Shown: one piece after another, positions 22,204 through 31,463 of the stretch
Position numbering within the stretch: the first letter of the stretch is position 1
Layout of the letters: the number at the start of each line of letters is the position of its first letter
Assembly: GCF_001458695.1 (NCBI RefSeq)
Contig: NZ_LN885086.1
Coordinates: forward strand, 1,560,001 to 1,592,000
DNA: 32,000 bases
Reading direction: 5' to 3'
From: Candidatus Nitrospira inopinata
GTDB taxonomy: Bacteria > Nitrospirota > Nitrospiria > Nitrospirales > Nitrospiraceae
Program-made: the position numbers and the translations under genes
The notes under the pieces: generated by a model
The model's input: only the letters and a program-made list of their open reading frames with translations
Databases searched by the model: none
Told to the model about the DNA's origin: nothing

Positions 22204-24213
22204 TCAACCGGCTTCGCCTTGGAACAAGAGGAGCGCCATCGCGCGGCGGATCTGTTCACGCGTGCCCAGCAACACCACGATGTCGCCGGCGAGCAGCTTG
22301 GTTTTGACGGACGGGTTGGATTCCGTGACGCCGTTTCTGGTCAGGGCGACGATGGAGACGCCGGTGCGTTGCCACAAGGCCAGTTGATCGATGGTTTTGC
22401 CGGAGGCCGGAGAATCCTCCTCGATCCGACAGGTTTCCACGTCCACGTCGCTCAGCGTGCCTCTGCGGAGGTGGTGGGCCAGTTCAGGTAGCTCGCTCCG
22501 ACGCAGGAGGGCGTACCCTTCCCGGCGGACCTGTTCGGCCTTCTGCATCACGAAGTCCGGCGGCATGTTGTATGTCCGCAGGACCAGCGCGAAGATTTCA
22601 ATCGACGTTTCAAACTCTTCGGGCACGACGTCGTCCGCCCCGATCTGGTGCAGTTCCTCCAGTTCGCGCAGGTAGCGCGTCCGAACGACGATGTGAATTT
22701 TGGGATTGAGGGTTCGGGCGATCTGGACGGTCCGGCGGGCCGTGAACGGATCGGGAATCGCGACGACGAGCACCCGTGCGGCCTCGATCTTGACGTGCCG
22801 GAGAATGTTGGGATTCGTCGCGTCGCCATAATAGAGCGGCAGGCCAAGTTTGGCTTCCCGACGCACGATGTCTCCATCCAAATCCAGGACAACGTAGGGG
22901 ATCTCCGTTTCGCTCAGCACGCGGGCCAGATTTCTGCCGTTTAATCCGTATCCCACGATGATGACGTGGTCGCGAACCCGTAAATGCCGGCCTTCCATCT
23001 CGAGCACGTGGGCGGTCGTATGGCCGGGCAGCCACCGGTGGAGCCGCTGGACGGCCTCGACATGCCGGGCCAGATGGGGGGAGGCCTGTATCAAAAACGG
23101 CGTAATGACCATAGAGCAGACGGACACCGCCAGAAAAATCTGATAAGGCGTGCCGGACAATAGGCCGTGTTCTTGGCCCACTTGCGCCAGGATGAAGCTG
23201 AACTCTCCGACCTGGGCCAGCGCGATGCCCGTCATGATCGCCGCCCTGGGCGGCATCGAGGCGGCCAGCACCGCGCCGGCGCCGGAAACGAACTTCACCA
23301 GCAGCACCACGAGCAACAAACCCGTGACGATGCCGGGATAATGGAGCAGGATGCGCCAGTCCATCAGGATGCCGATGGACACGAAAAACAGACTGTTGAA
23401 ACTGTCCCGAAACGGGAGCACTTCCGCCGTGGCCTGATGACTGTACTCCGATTCGGAAATCACCAGCCCCGCGATGAACGCTCCCAGCGCCAGCGACAGC
23501 CCGCTCAGCGACGTGAGCCAGGCGATCCCGAGGCACATCACGATGATCGTCAAGAGAAACAGTTCGCGGCTGCGGCTGCGGACGATGTGCTCCAGTATCT
23601 TCGGCACCACGTACCAGGCGGCCGCGACGATGAGGGCCACGACGATCAGCGACTTGCTCAACGTCCAGAAAATGGAGGTGAGCGCGTCGCCGCTTGGGCT
23701 GGCCAGAATCGGCACCAGCAGAATCATGGGCACGACGGCCAGGTCCTGAAACACAAGAATGCCGATCGTCGCCCGGCCGTGGACGGAATCGCTCTCGCCG
23801 CTCGCCGAAAGAGCGAGCAGGACGATGGCCGTGCTGCTGAGCGACAGCAGAAATCCCCAAAAGATCGCTTGTGAACCGGGCAATCCCGCAAGGATTCCCC
23901 CCAGCCAGACCAAGGCGATCACCCCACCGACTTGGATCGGCGCGGCGACCAAGAGCAATTTCCGGAGGGAGGCCATTTGGACCAACGAGAACTCGATGCC
24001 GATGGTGAACAACAGAAGCACGATCCCGATTTCGGCCAGGATTTGCACGGTCTCGATATCGGAAATCAGGTTGAGGCCGTGCGGGCCGATGACGACGCCG
24101 GCGACCAGAAACCCGGCGATGGACGGCAGCCGAAACTGGTGGAAGAGAAACACCACCGCGATGGAGACGGTAAAAATAATCAGCAGGTTGTCGAGCACGC
24201 TATGGTCGGTCAT
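22204..24213 (-). CDS. CPA2-family monovalent cation:proton antiporter with C-terminal RCK (TrkA-N + TrkA-C) domains, Kef/YbaL-like
   Basis: The N-terminal ~390 aa are polytopic membrane sequence typical of Na+/H+-exchanger-family proteins. A Rossmann motif 'VIIVGYGLNGRNLA' follows. A TrkA-C-like end reads 'GKTIDQL...GVSIVALTRNG...LLAGDIVVLLG'. Confidence 0.9.
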   Translation of the reverse strand: MTDHSVLDNLLIIFTVSIAVVFLFHQFRLPSIAGFLVAGVVIGPHGLNLISDIETVQILAEIGIVLLLFTIGIEFSLVQMASLRKLLLVAAPIQVGGVIALVWLGGILAGLPGSQAIFWGFLLSLSSTAIVLLALSASGESDSVHGRATIGILVFQDLAVVPMILLVPILASPSGDALTSIFWTLSKSLIVVALIVAAAWYVVPKILEHIVRSRSRELFLLTIIVMCLGIAWLTSLSGLSLALGAFIAGLVISESEYSHQATAEVLPFRDSFNSLFFVSIGILMDWRILLHYPGIVTGLLLVVLLVKFVSGAGAVLAASMPPRAAIMTGIALAQVGEFSFILAQVGQEHGLLSGTPYQIFLAVSVCSMVITPFLIQASPHLARHVEAVQRLHRWLPGHTTAHVLEMEGRHLRVRDHVIIVGYGLNGRNLARVLSETEIPYVVLDLDGDIVRREAKLGLPLYYGDATNPNILRHVKIEAARVLVVAIPDPFTARRTVQIARTLNPKIHIVVRTRYLRELEELHQIGADDVVPEEFETSIEIFALVLRTYNMPPDFVMQKAEQVRREGYALLRRSELPELAHHLRRGTLSDVDVETCRIEEDSPASGKTIDQLALWQRTGVSIVALTRNGVTESNPSVKTKLLAGDIVVLLGTREQIRRAMALLLFQGEAG

Positions 24214-24602
24214 GGAGATGGAGAGACACGCTCGATCGTAGGCCGTTGCGGCCGCTCCCGTCAGCGCGCGAGGGGCGGCCCCCGCTTTCTATCATGAAAG
24301 CCTGGCGGAGGATAGTCCACCGCCGTGAAACGAACAAGACAACGCGGATGGCCGAGCCTTGCGGCGGGCCTCGTCGCAGCCGGGGGAATGCCCCGACGTT
24401 CACGCTCCATGAAAGAAGGCGAGCGATTGGCCCATGGTCAGGGCTGTTCAAATTCGTGCGGGCCGGCTTCAGAGAAGAGGGGGGATCCCCCTCGAAAGCA
24501 GCATAGATTCTCACGCCCTCATTTCGTAAGGTCATGAGCAACCTGGCAATCGGCGCCGAGGACGCCTATCCCGCCCGGTGCACATTTTTTCGGAGGTGTC
24601 TT

Positions 24603-25172
24603 ATGAGATTTGCTCACACCCTGTTCTTCACGTTGGCCACGGTGACGGTGTCCGCGTTTCCGGTGTCGGCCGAGCCATCGCCCGCCGCGCCCGAACCGGC
24701 GGACATGTGGGAATGTCCGATGGAGGACGGCACGTCGATCTATACCAACAAGGAGCGGTCCGGCTGTCAGGAGGTGCTGCTCAGGCCTCTGTCGGTTGTT
24801 CCGTCCTTGGACCATATGCCGCCGGCGCCCCCCTCGTCAGCCATCGGCACGGCTCAGGACGACAGGCCGTTGCATCATGATCGTTTTTCCGGCAGGGGGG
24901 GACAGGCTGTTCCGGATTGGGCGCGCGAGTGGCGCGCAAGTGTTGCGCCATCGGAGTCGGCGCGGGCAGAGGTCTGCTCCCTTTATTCCGAATGGCTGCA
25001 CTTGGCGCAGAAGACCAGAGGCGGGGTCTTCTTCGGCTCGGACCCCTCGTACGGCGGTGAGCTTTCGGCTGGAAACCAACGCGGTCCCAGCCAGTCGTTT
25101 TACGATAATGCTCGTTGGGTCACGCTCTCGCGCCTGTTCGGGACGGGCTTTGTCCCGGTCGGGTGCCCGTAG
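24603..25172 (+). CDS. Hypothetical secreted protein (possible DUF4124-like N-terminal segment)
   Basis: The ATG at 24603 has a GGAGG SD. There is a signal peptide ending '...AFPVSA|EP'. The segment 'MWECPMEDGTSIYTNKERSGC' loosely resembles DUF4124, recalled from memory. The middle of the protein is Pro-rich. Confidence 0.6.
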   Translation: MRFAHTLFFTLATVTVSAFPVSAEPSPAAPEPADMWECPMEDGTSIYTNKERSGCQEVLLRPLSVVPSLDHMPPAPPSSAIGTAQDDRPLHHDRFSGRGGQAVPDWAREWRASVAPSESARAEVCSLYSEWLHLAQKTRGGVFFGSDPSYGGELSAGNQRGPSQSFYDNARWVTLSRLFGTGFVPVGCP

Positions 25173-25289
25173 CCCTTGCCACATGGCCGGCCGTGAGCTA
25201 TGTTTGCGCCATTGGCGCCTTATGAAGAGACGGTTGGCGGCTGACGCCGTTCTTGGAAAGACAATTTTTACAGCAAAGGGAGGTCATTC

Positions 25290-25925
25290 ATGAAACGGTC
25301 CGGTATGAGTTTCCTTCTCTGTGGAGCGTTGATCGTCTGCATGGCGGTCCCTGCCGTGGCGCAGAGTAGCGACGTGGGGCCGAGGGGCGATACAGGGCCT
25401 GGGAGTGATGGTGACACGGAGGCGTTGCCCCTTAAAATCAGGGGGAAAGACTGGTGTCCAGCGTCCCCGACATCGGTCTTTCCGGACGGAACGTTTAAAA
25501 ATTTCAACATCCGTCGCGCCTATACGATTGCAATCGCCAATGATCCCTCGGGGAATGGAGCCATCACGGGAAGAATTAACAGAAATTCATCAAGCCATGT
25601 CGATGCGAGTCTAACCGAATTTGACCTGCATGGGCGGGCGTATTTCAGGAATCCGTCGCGACACACGATCGAGTTCGTGTTGCACGGCGCTCATCCGGAC
25701 ATCCCCGGCATCTTTATCACCATGAGAGGACAGGCCTCGCTGCACAAACAGACCGGCGCGATTCAGAAAGCAATGGGAACCTTCGTCTATGAGCGTGACC
25801 ATGAGCGCAGTCCTGATCCGGCCGTCCATTGTTTCGGAAGCGGAACGTTTGTAGCCGGGAAAGAGAAAGACGACGATAAAAAAGGCGAAAAAGACGACGA
25901 TAAAAGAGACAACGAGAAGTGGTAG
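25290..25925 (+). CDS. Hypothetical secreted protein with a Lys/Asp-rich C-terminal tail
   Basis: A GGGAGG SD precedes the start. There is a signal peptide ending '...AVPAVA|QS'. The tail 'KEKDDDKKGEKDDDKRDNEKW' is encoded by a 24-nt-period direct repeat. I recognise no family. Confidence 0.6.
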   Translation: MKRSGMSFLLCGALIVCMAVPAVAQSSDVGPRGDTGPGSDGDTEALPLKIRGKDWCPASPTSVFPDGTFKNFNIRRAYTIAIANDPSGNGAITGRINRNSSSHVDASLTEFDLHGRAYFRNPSRHTIEFVLHGAHPDIPGIFITMRGQASLHKQTGAIQKAMGTFVYERDHERSPDPAVHCFGSGTFVAGKEKDDDKKGEKDDDKRDNEKW

Positions 25926-26005
25926 CCTCCTCTGAGTGTTCTCTTGCACGGGAAAGATTGCCCGTTTTCTTGCAGAGAGTGAAAGTGAGGGGGCGGCAGG
26001 GGATC

Positions 26006-26998
26006 ATGCCTGGAAAGGATCTTCGACAAGCGGCAATGGTCATACTGTCCTGTTATCTGCTCGCGGCCTGCGCTCCTCCAAGTTCACAACCGTTCGAGCA
26101 AGGAAGAGCGCAGATCCGGGTTGATAGGGCCCGGCAACTGGTCTCGATTCGCGCAAGCGACGTTCCGGTTCAGTCTCTTCTCTCGGACTTGAGCGCACAA
26201 GCGGGATTCTCGCTCAGCGTTCCCGACGGCGAGCAATGGGGGCGAATTACGCTCGTTGTCGTGGATGTTCCGATTGAAGAGGGCATTCACCGGGTGCTGG
26301 GTCGCACCCCCCACACGTTGCGGCACATCCCTGATGAAGAAGGGAGGATGGTCGTGGCGGCGGTGGAGGTTCATCGCGACGTTCTCGCCGCCGCGGGCTC
26401 CCCAGGATCGATGAAAGAGAACGTGGCGGGCGCGCGCGCGCCGGCGGGCTTGGGAACGGCGGATTTTGAAACGGCGGATTCCGGATGGGGCGCTGATCAA
26501 AGGGATGACCTGGGATCGGCCGGCAACGCAAATCGGAGGGCGGAGCTTGCGCTGGTCATGGAAACGCTCTCGGTTGATACGGTCAAACAGCTCATGAGTG
26601 AAGCGAAAGATCCCTCCTTGCGGTTGTCCATGTTGGACGCTCTGATGGAGCGGGATGATCAAAGTTCCGTGCGCCCGCTGTTTCTTGATGCTCTGCAGGA
26701 CGCGGATGTGACGGTCAGAGAGGCGGCGCTCGATCACCTGCGAGGCTCCTCCGGTTCGATCCCCCTCGCCGTGCTTGCCGATGCGGCGGTGAGCGAAAAG
26801 GATCCGGCACTCCGCGCCGAGATGCTGACGCTGTTGTCAGATCAAACGCCGGCGGATGGTCGGACCAAGGACGATCTGGCGGCGGCCATGACGTCAATCC
26901 AACGTCTGCTCACTGATCCGGACCCCCTTCTCCGTGAACAGGCTCAATGGTCGTTGGAAGAGTTGACCCACGCCGACTCTCACAAGGCGTCGCGATAA
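26006..26998 (+). CDS. Lipoprotein with an STN-like N-terminal domain and C-terminal HEAT-like repeats
   Basis: The ATG at 26006 gives 'MPGKDLRQAAMVILSCYLLAAC' with a lipobox. The segment 'VSIRASDVPVQSLLSDLSAQAGFSLSV...ITLVVVDVPIEEGIHRVL' resembles the secretin/TonB short N-terminal (STN) fold. The C-terminal helical repeats 'DPSLRLSMLDAL', 'DVTVREAALDHL', 'DPALRAEMLTLL' and 'DPLLREQAQWSL' look HEAT/PBS-lyase-like. Confidence 0.65.
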   Translation: MPGKDLRQAAMVILSCYLLAACAPPSSQPFEQGRAQIRVDRARQLVSIRASDVPVQSLLSDLSAQAGFSLSVPDGEQWGRITLVVVDVPIEEGIHRVLGRTPHTLRHIPDEEGRMVVAAVEVHRDVLAAAGSPGSMKENVAGARAPAGLGTADFETADSGWGADQRDDLGSAGNANRRAELALVMETLSVDTVKQLMSEAKDPSLRLSMLDALMERDDQSSVRPLFLDALQDADVTVREAALDHLRGSSGSIPLAVLADAAVSEKDPALRAEMLTLLSDQTPADGRTKDDLAAAMTSIQRLLTDPDPLLREQAQWSLEELTHADSHKASR

Positions 26999-27105
26999 TT
27001 GAACGCCCGCGGTGTCTTGCCGTTCCTGCTCATCTCCGCCCTTATGAACCAAATCAGGGGAGGCGAGCAAAGCGGCTCGCATCTGCAACGGGCAATGGAA
27101 GACGG

Positions 27106-28128
27106 CTAGATCCGGTAGAACTCCCGATACCACTTCACGAACCGCGGAATGCCTTCCTCGATCGGGGTGGAGGGCGCAAACCCGACGTCGCGTGCGAGAT
27201 CGTCGATGTCGGCGTAGGTGGCGGGGACATCGCCGGGCTGGAGAGGCAATAATTTCTTTTCGGCTTTTTTGCCGATGGCCTGCTCCAGGACTTCGATGAA
27301 GCGCAACAGTTCGACCGGTCGGTGATTGCCGATGTTGTACACGCGGGAGGGAGCTGAACTGGTGCCGGGGTCCGGCCGGTCGCCCGACCAGGAGGGGTCC
27401 GGTGCCGCCGGTCGATCGAGCACGCGGATCACGCCCTCCACGATGTCGTCAATGTAGGTGAAGTCGCGCCGCATGTTGCCATAGTTGAACACCTCGATCG
27501 GCCTGCCCTCCAAAATCGCCTTGGTGAAGATGAATAGGGCCATGTCGGGCCGTCCCCAAGGTCCGTACACGGTGAAAAAACGCAGGCCGGTGCAGGGGAT
27601 TCGGTAGAGGTGCGCGTAGCAATGGGCCATCAGCTCGTTGGCCTTCTTGGTCGCGGCGTAGAGCGAGACAGGGTGATCGACATTGTCGTGGACGGAGAAC
27701 GGCATGTGCGTGTTACCGCCGTACACGGAGCTGGATGAGGCATAGACAAGGTGCTCCACCTTGACCCGCCGGCACCCTTCCAGGATGTTCATGAACCCTT
27801 CCAGGTTGCTTTCCGTGTAGGCGTGGGGGTTGACGAGAGAATAGCGTACGCCGGCCTGGGCGGCGAGGTGAATCACCCGGCGGATCGGCTCCTCGGCGAA
27901 GAGATCCCGCATGCCCTGACGGTTCGCCAGATCCAGCTTGATGAACCGAAAATCCCGGTGGGGCGTCAGTTGAGCGAGCCGCGCTTCCTTGAGCCGGACG
28001 TCGTAGTAGTCGTTGAGATTGTCGAGCCCGATGACGGCGTCGCCGCGGTCCAACAATCGCTTGGCCACGTGGAAGCCGATGAATCCCGCAGCCCCCGTCA
28101 CTAAAATCGGAGAGTTCGTTGCGCTCAT
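27106..28128 (-). CDS. NAD-dependent nucleotide-sugar epimerase (UDP-glucuronate 4-epimerase-like, extended SDR)
   Basis: The product has '[13 protein letters not shown]', 'DNLNDYYD', 'SSSSVYG' and the catalytic 'YAATKKANE'. It is 340 aa long, typical of this subfamily. Confidence 0.85.
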   Translation of the reverse strand: MSATNSPILVTGAAGFIGFHVAKRLLDRGDAVIGLDNLNDYYDVRLKEARLAQLTPHRDFRFIKLDLANRQGMRDLFAEEPIRRVIHLAAQAGVRYSLVNPHAYTESNLEGFMNILEGCRRVKVEHLVYASSSSVYGGNTHMPFSVHDNVDHPVSLYAATKKANELMAHCYAHLYRIPCTGLRFFTVYGPWGRPDMALFIFTKAILEGRPIEVFNYGNMRRDFTYIDDIVEGVIRVLDRPAAPDPSWSGDRPDPGTSSAPSRVYNIGNHRPVELLRFIEVLEQAIGKKAEKKLLPLQPGDVPATYADIDDLARDVGFAPSTPIEEGIPRFVKWYREFYRI

Positions 28129-28150
28129 GTCGAGTTCCCGCCGTTGATGG

Positions 28151-29773
28151 TCACTTCCTTGCCGTCGTGAATGGCGGATCGCCGTGATCCAGCCGGTACA
28201 GGTTCACAGGGGCCAGTGCTGCGGCCGTTGAAACCACCGTGATCGCCTCTCCCTCGCCCGGTCGAAAGAGGTCCAACGCCTGTGCGTAATGATAGCCGCA
28301 ATGGTGAGGGGAGAGAAGTTCTTTGAGGGTTTCCGGCGGTTCCCAATGGGCCGTGAGCAGGGCCGTGCGCGCCGGGTTGCGTCGGCTGAACATGAATGAG
28401 AGGTGATCCGGATACCAGTCCGCTCCGCCGGTGGCGTAGGACACGAACAGCTTGGCCTGGGCGGTTCGGCACAGCTCGCTCAAGTAGGCGTTGGTGAGGT
28501 AGCCGTTTTCGCCGACGTCCAGCCACCGGCCGGGGTGGGACAGGGGCGCGTGAGTGGCATGGCTCCGCAATTCAAGAAGCTGTTGTTGAGAGGCAAACAC
28601 CACGTCGATCGGGCCGTACCGGGCGACCAATCGCTCGATCACGCCGTCGGTGAGGGCCGAGCGCCCGTTGTTGGCGGGGCCGCTGTCGGCGTGGACCAGG
28701 ACATTGTAGCCCCGGTCGCTGATGAGATAGCAATTTCTCGCCATCTCAAGATCGCACGGATCTTCGCCGTAGAACGGGACAGACACGACGGCGCCGCCTT
28801 CGAAGGGCCAGGTTTCGCCGTGCGCCAGTTCAATGACCCGGCTGAATCCCAATTCGCGCAAGAGGGAGAGGTAGTCGTAAAACAAGGTTTTCCGGTTGCG
28901 CCGGCTGGGGACGATGATCGGGGTCTCTTTCGGCAAGTGGAGCAGGGTGCGTGGGTCGACGTGGTCATCGTGATCATGGGTAAGAAAGACAGCCGACGGT
29001 GTGGGGAGCAGCGAGGGCCAGAGCGAAGGCTCCGGCGATTCGGCGAACCACGGCAGCAGCCAGGGGTCGAATAGCAACACTTCGTTTCGTTGCCGATAGA
29101 GCAGCGCCGCATGGCCGAGGTGTACGGTGTCTTGATCCTGGACGATCTCGAACCACCGTTGACGGATCGAGGTTTCAGGTGAAGCGACCACACAGTCATG
29201 CCGATCGAGCATGTCCAGCAGGCAAGCGAGAAAGGCGCCCACCTCGCGGGGCGCGGCGGTCAGAGCCGTCTCGATCTCGGCTATTGGACGGGTGCCGTCC
29301 AGCATGCCCAGAAGATGGCCAACGGCCGGTCCGAACGGTCGCCGGTTGAATCCCAGCGGAATCGCCTGCCGTTTGATGGAATGGAAAATGCGCAGACCAC
29401 CATTGGTGATCGTTGACGATCGTGCGGGATCGGTTGGGAATTCCCAGCGAAACCGCCCGTCTTGAGCCCGGCCGCAGGTAAGAAACCGTCGCAGGGAGGG
29501 GCGGGAATTGACGAGTTCCGCGTAGGCATCTTCCAGCCTGCGTCCGCGATTCGGATCGTCGAGCGGCGCGCGCTTCGAAAAGACGTCACTGATGGCCGTG
29601 TCGATGGAACTGGCCAGCAGACGATGGACTTCCTCAAGGGCCGCCACCACTTCCGGCGCGACGCCGCCGAGAAAGGGAAACGGGCCGGGCGGCTCGTCGC
29701 TTTCCAACTGGACCCAGCACCAGGGAACCAAGCTCACGAAATGGCTGCGGGGCGCGCGAGTCAGGATGGTCAT
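28151..29773 (-). CDS. MBL-fold metallohydrolase-family protein with a ~255-aa N-terminal extension (possible PqqD-like segment)
   Basis: The metallo-beta-lactamase motif 'THDHDDH' (H-x-H-x-D-H) lies at residues 265-271, with 'VLVHADSG' downstream. Residues ~125-196 ('[15 protein letters not shown]...[22 protein letters not shown]...[19 protein letters not shown]') look like a PqqD/RRE winged-helix pattern. Confidence 0.75.
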   Translation of the reverse strand: MTILTRAPRSHFVSLVPWCWVQLESDEPPGPFPFLGGVAPEVVAALEEVHRLLASSIDTAISDVFSKRAPLDDPNRGRRLEDAYAELVNSRPSLRRFLTCGRAQDGRFRWEFPTDPARSSTITNGGLRIFHSIKRQAIPLGFNRRPFGPAVGHLLGMLDGTRPIAEIETALTAAPREVGAFLACLLDMLDRHDCVVASPETSIRQRWFEIVQDQDTVHLGHAALLYRQRNEVLLFDPWLLPWFAESPEPSLWPSLLPTPSAVFLTHDHDDHVDPRTLLHLPKETPIIVPSRRNRKTLFYDYLSLLRELGFSRVIELAHGETWPFEGGAVVSVPFYGEDPCDLEMARNCYLISDRGYNVLVHADSGPANNGRSALTDGVIERLVARYGPIDVVFASQQQLLELRSHATHAPLSHPGRWLDVGENGYLTNAYLSELCRTAQAKLFVSYATGGADWYPDHLSFMFSRRNPARTALLTAHWEPPETLKELLSPHHCGYHYAQALDLFRPGEGEAITVVSTAAALAPVNLYRLDHGDPPFTTARK

Positions 29774-29822
29774 GGCCGTGAATCGTGAGTCGCGATCTGG
29801 TAGGCAAGATTCACAGGGCCGG

Positions 29823-30263
29823 TCATGGCTGCTCGTCCACCCACCGGAGGCGGCTGATCGTTGGCTCGTAGAGGGCTTGAATCACATTGCCATCGGGGTC
29901 GGCGAAGTAAAATGAATAACTCCCGTCCCGATGTTGTTTGGGCTCTTTGACAATGTGTCCTCCAAGGGGTGGGATCAGTGGCGCCAGTTCCCGATACATC
30001 CGATCCACCGCTTCAGGGCTTTCCAGAATGACGCCGAGATGATCGAGGAACTGCGCGCCCGGCGGCTGGAAGGCCGAAAGCTCGTCCGTAGGGATTTGAT
30101 GCAGGGCCAGATTGTCGGTCCCGGAGCTGAAATAGACATTGTCTGGGTCCGGCTCCCATACCGCTCTCATCCCCAGCAGTTGCTCGTAGAACCGACGTGA
30201 AAGGGGGAGGTTCGTGACGCGAAGCGCGAGATGGCGTAAGCCTCGATGGAGCGGTTGGGTCAT
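29823..30263 (-). CDS. VOC-family protein (glyoxalase/bleomycin-resistance/extradiol dioxygenase fold)
   Basis: The product has 'LRHLALRVTNLPLSRRFYEQLLGM', 'HLGVILES' and 'SFYFADPDGNVIQ'. The start is ambiguous between the ATG at 30263 (MTQPLH...) and the ATG at 30341. Confidence 0.75.
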   Translation of the reverse strand: MTQPLHRGLRHLALRVTNLPLSRRFYEQLLGMRAVWEPDPDNVYFSSGTDNLALHQIPTDELSAFQPPGAQFLDHLGVILESPEAVDRMYRELAPLIPPLGGHIVKEPKQHRDGSYSFYFADPDGNVIQALYEPTISRLRWVDEQP

Positions 30264-30371
30264 GGAGTTTCCGTTTCTCTCCGGTTCCGGTCCGTATAGT
30301 AGGAAGGAGCCGATAGGCTCGTCAAATGGAAATCGGCTCAATAGAAGTCCGCCCCGCCAGGCGGGTGGCGC

Positions 30372-31382
30372 TCACGACGGACTCCGGATTTCCAGCACCG
30401 CCGCGCCTTGAAACGAACCGGCCTTGAGGGCTTGCAAGGCGCGGTCGGCTTCTTCGAGGGGAAAGCGCACCGTGTGGGGTTTGATCGGGATGGCGGCCGC
30501 TTCGCGCAGGAAATCCAATCCGTCTTGCCTCGTGTTGGCCGTCACGCTGCGGATGGCCCGCTCGCCGAACACTTCGGAGTCGTAATCGAGCGGAGGGATC
30601 GGCGACATGTGAATGCCGGCCAAGGCCAGGGTGCCGCCCCGTTCGAGCGCGCGCAGAGCCGGCGGAACCAATTCACCGGCCGGCGCGAAGATGATCGATC
30701 CGTGCAAATGGTCCGGCGGCATGTCGGAGGCGCCGCCGACCCAGACGGCTCCCAGTTGTTTGGCCAGTTCCCGATGCTCGGCTTTGAGGGAACAGACATA
30801 GACATGACAGCCCCAATGGCGCGCGATCTGAATCGCGATATGGGCGGCGGCGCCGAATCCATAGAGGCCCAACCGTTGGCCCGGCTTGATCCCGCTCAGA
30901 CGGAGCGCTCGGTAGCCGATGATCCCGGCGCAGAGCAGAGGCGCAGCCTCGTCGTCCGAAAAGACTCGCGGAATCGGATAGGCAAACCGCGCGGGCGCGA
31001 CAGCATATTCCGCATAGCCCCCGTCAACCTGATAGCCGGTGAACCTCGCCGCCTCGCACAAATTTTCCCGTCCGCTCGTACAGAATTCGCATCGCTCGCA
31101 AGTGCCTTGCAGCCACGCGATGCCGACCCGGTCTCCCTCTTGGACATCTCGCACGTCGCGGCCGACGCGGACGACGGTTCCTACTGCTTGATGGCCGGGA
31201 ATCAATGGAAGTCGAACGTTGGGCAACTCGCCTTCGACGACGTGCAGATCCGTGCGGCAGACGCCGCAGACGTGGATCTTCACCAACACGTCTTTCGGGC
31301 CCGGTTCCGGGACGGTCCGTTCGACCAACGAGAGCCGGTTCTCGGAGACGTCGCCGGTTTGATTCAACACCATCGCCTTCAT
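30372..31382 (-). CDS. Zinc-dependent alcohol dehydrogenase (MDR family, AdhP-like)
   Basis: The catalytic Zn site is 'CGVCRTDLH'. 'GHQAVGTV' is present. The structural Zn motif is '[15 protein letters not shown]' (C-x2-C-x2-C-x7-C). The Rossmann motif is '[10 protein letters not shown]'. Confidence 0.9.
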   Translation of the reverse strand: MKAMVLNQTGDVSENRLSLVERTVPEPGPKDVLVKIHVCGVCRTDLHVVEGELPNVRLPLIPGHQAVGTVVRVGRDVRDVQEGDRVGIAWLQGTCERCEFCTSGRENLCEAARFTGYQVDGGYAEYAVAPARFAYPIPRVFSDDEAAPLLCAGIIGYRALRLSGIKPGQRLGLYGFGAAAHIAIQIARHWGCHVYVCSLKAEHRELAKQLGAVWVGGASDMPPDHLHGSIIFAPAGELVPPALRALERGGTLALAGIHMSPIPPLDYDSEVFGERAIRSVTANTRQDGLDFLREAAAIPIKPHTVRFPLEEADRALQALKAGSFQGAAVLEIRSPS

Positions 31383-31463
31383 GGATGAGCCTTCGCGTCA
31401 GGCCCGCCGGCCGAAAGGCCGGCCCTGCCGCACATCAGCGCCGGTTGAAACGGCGACAGCCTT

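Noticed and set aside
22187-22204. Tandem duplication CTAGTCCGT x2 between the Rieske oxygenase and Kef genes
   Set aside because: It is only two copies of a 9-mer in a 36-nt convergent spacer. That is too short to be a repeat element and is likely slippage or chance.
22610-23860. 416-aa minus-strand ORF in an alternative frame of the Kef-type antiporter gene
   Set aside because: It is on the same strand but out of frame with a 669-aa protein that has coherent TM and RCK domains. Its translation is Arg/Pro/Gly-rich.
27063-27080. Short hairpin GCGAGC-AAAGCG-GCTCGC in the convergent gap between the HEAT lipoprotein and epimerase genes
   Set aside because: It has only 6 bp and no flanking T- or A-runs, so the evidence for a terminator is insufficient.
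30408-31388. 326-aa plus-strand ORF antisense to the Zn-ADH gene
   Set aside because: It is a shadow ORF. The ADH on the minus strand has complete Zn and NAD motifs.
31406-31423. GC hairpin GCCGGCC-GAAA-GGCCGGC between yceI and the ADH gene, considered as a terminator
   Set aside because: No U-tract follows it on the transcribed (minus) strand. It may be a processing or stability stem, but I cannot call it a terminator.
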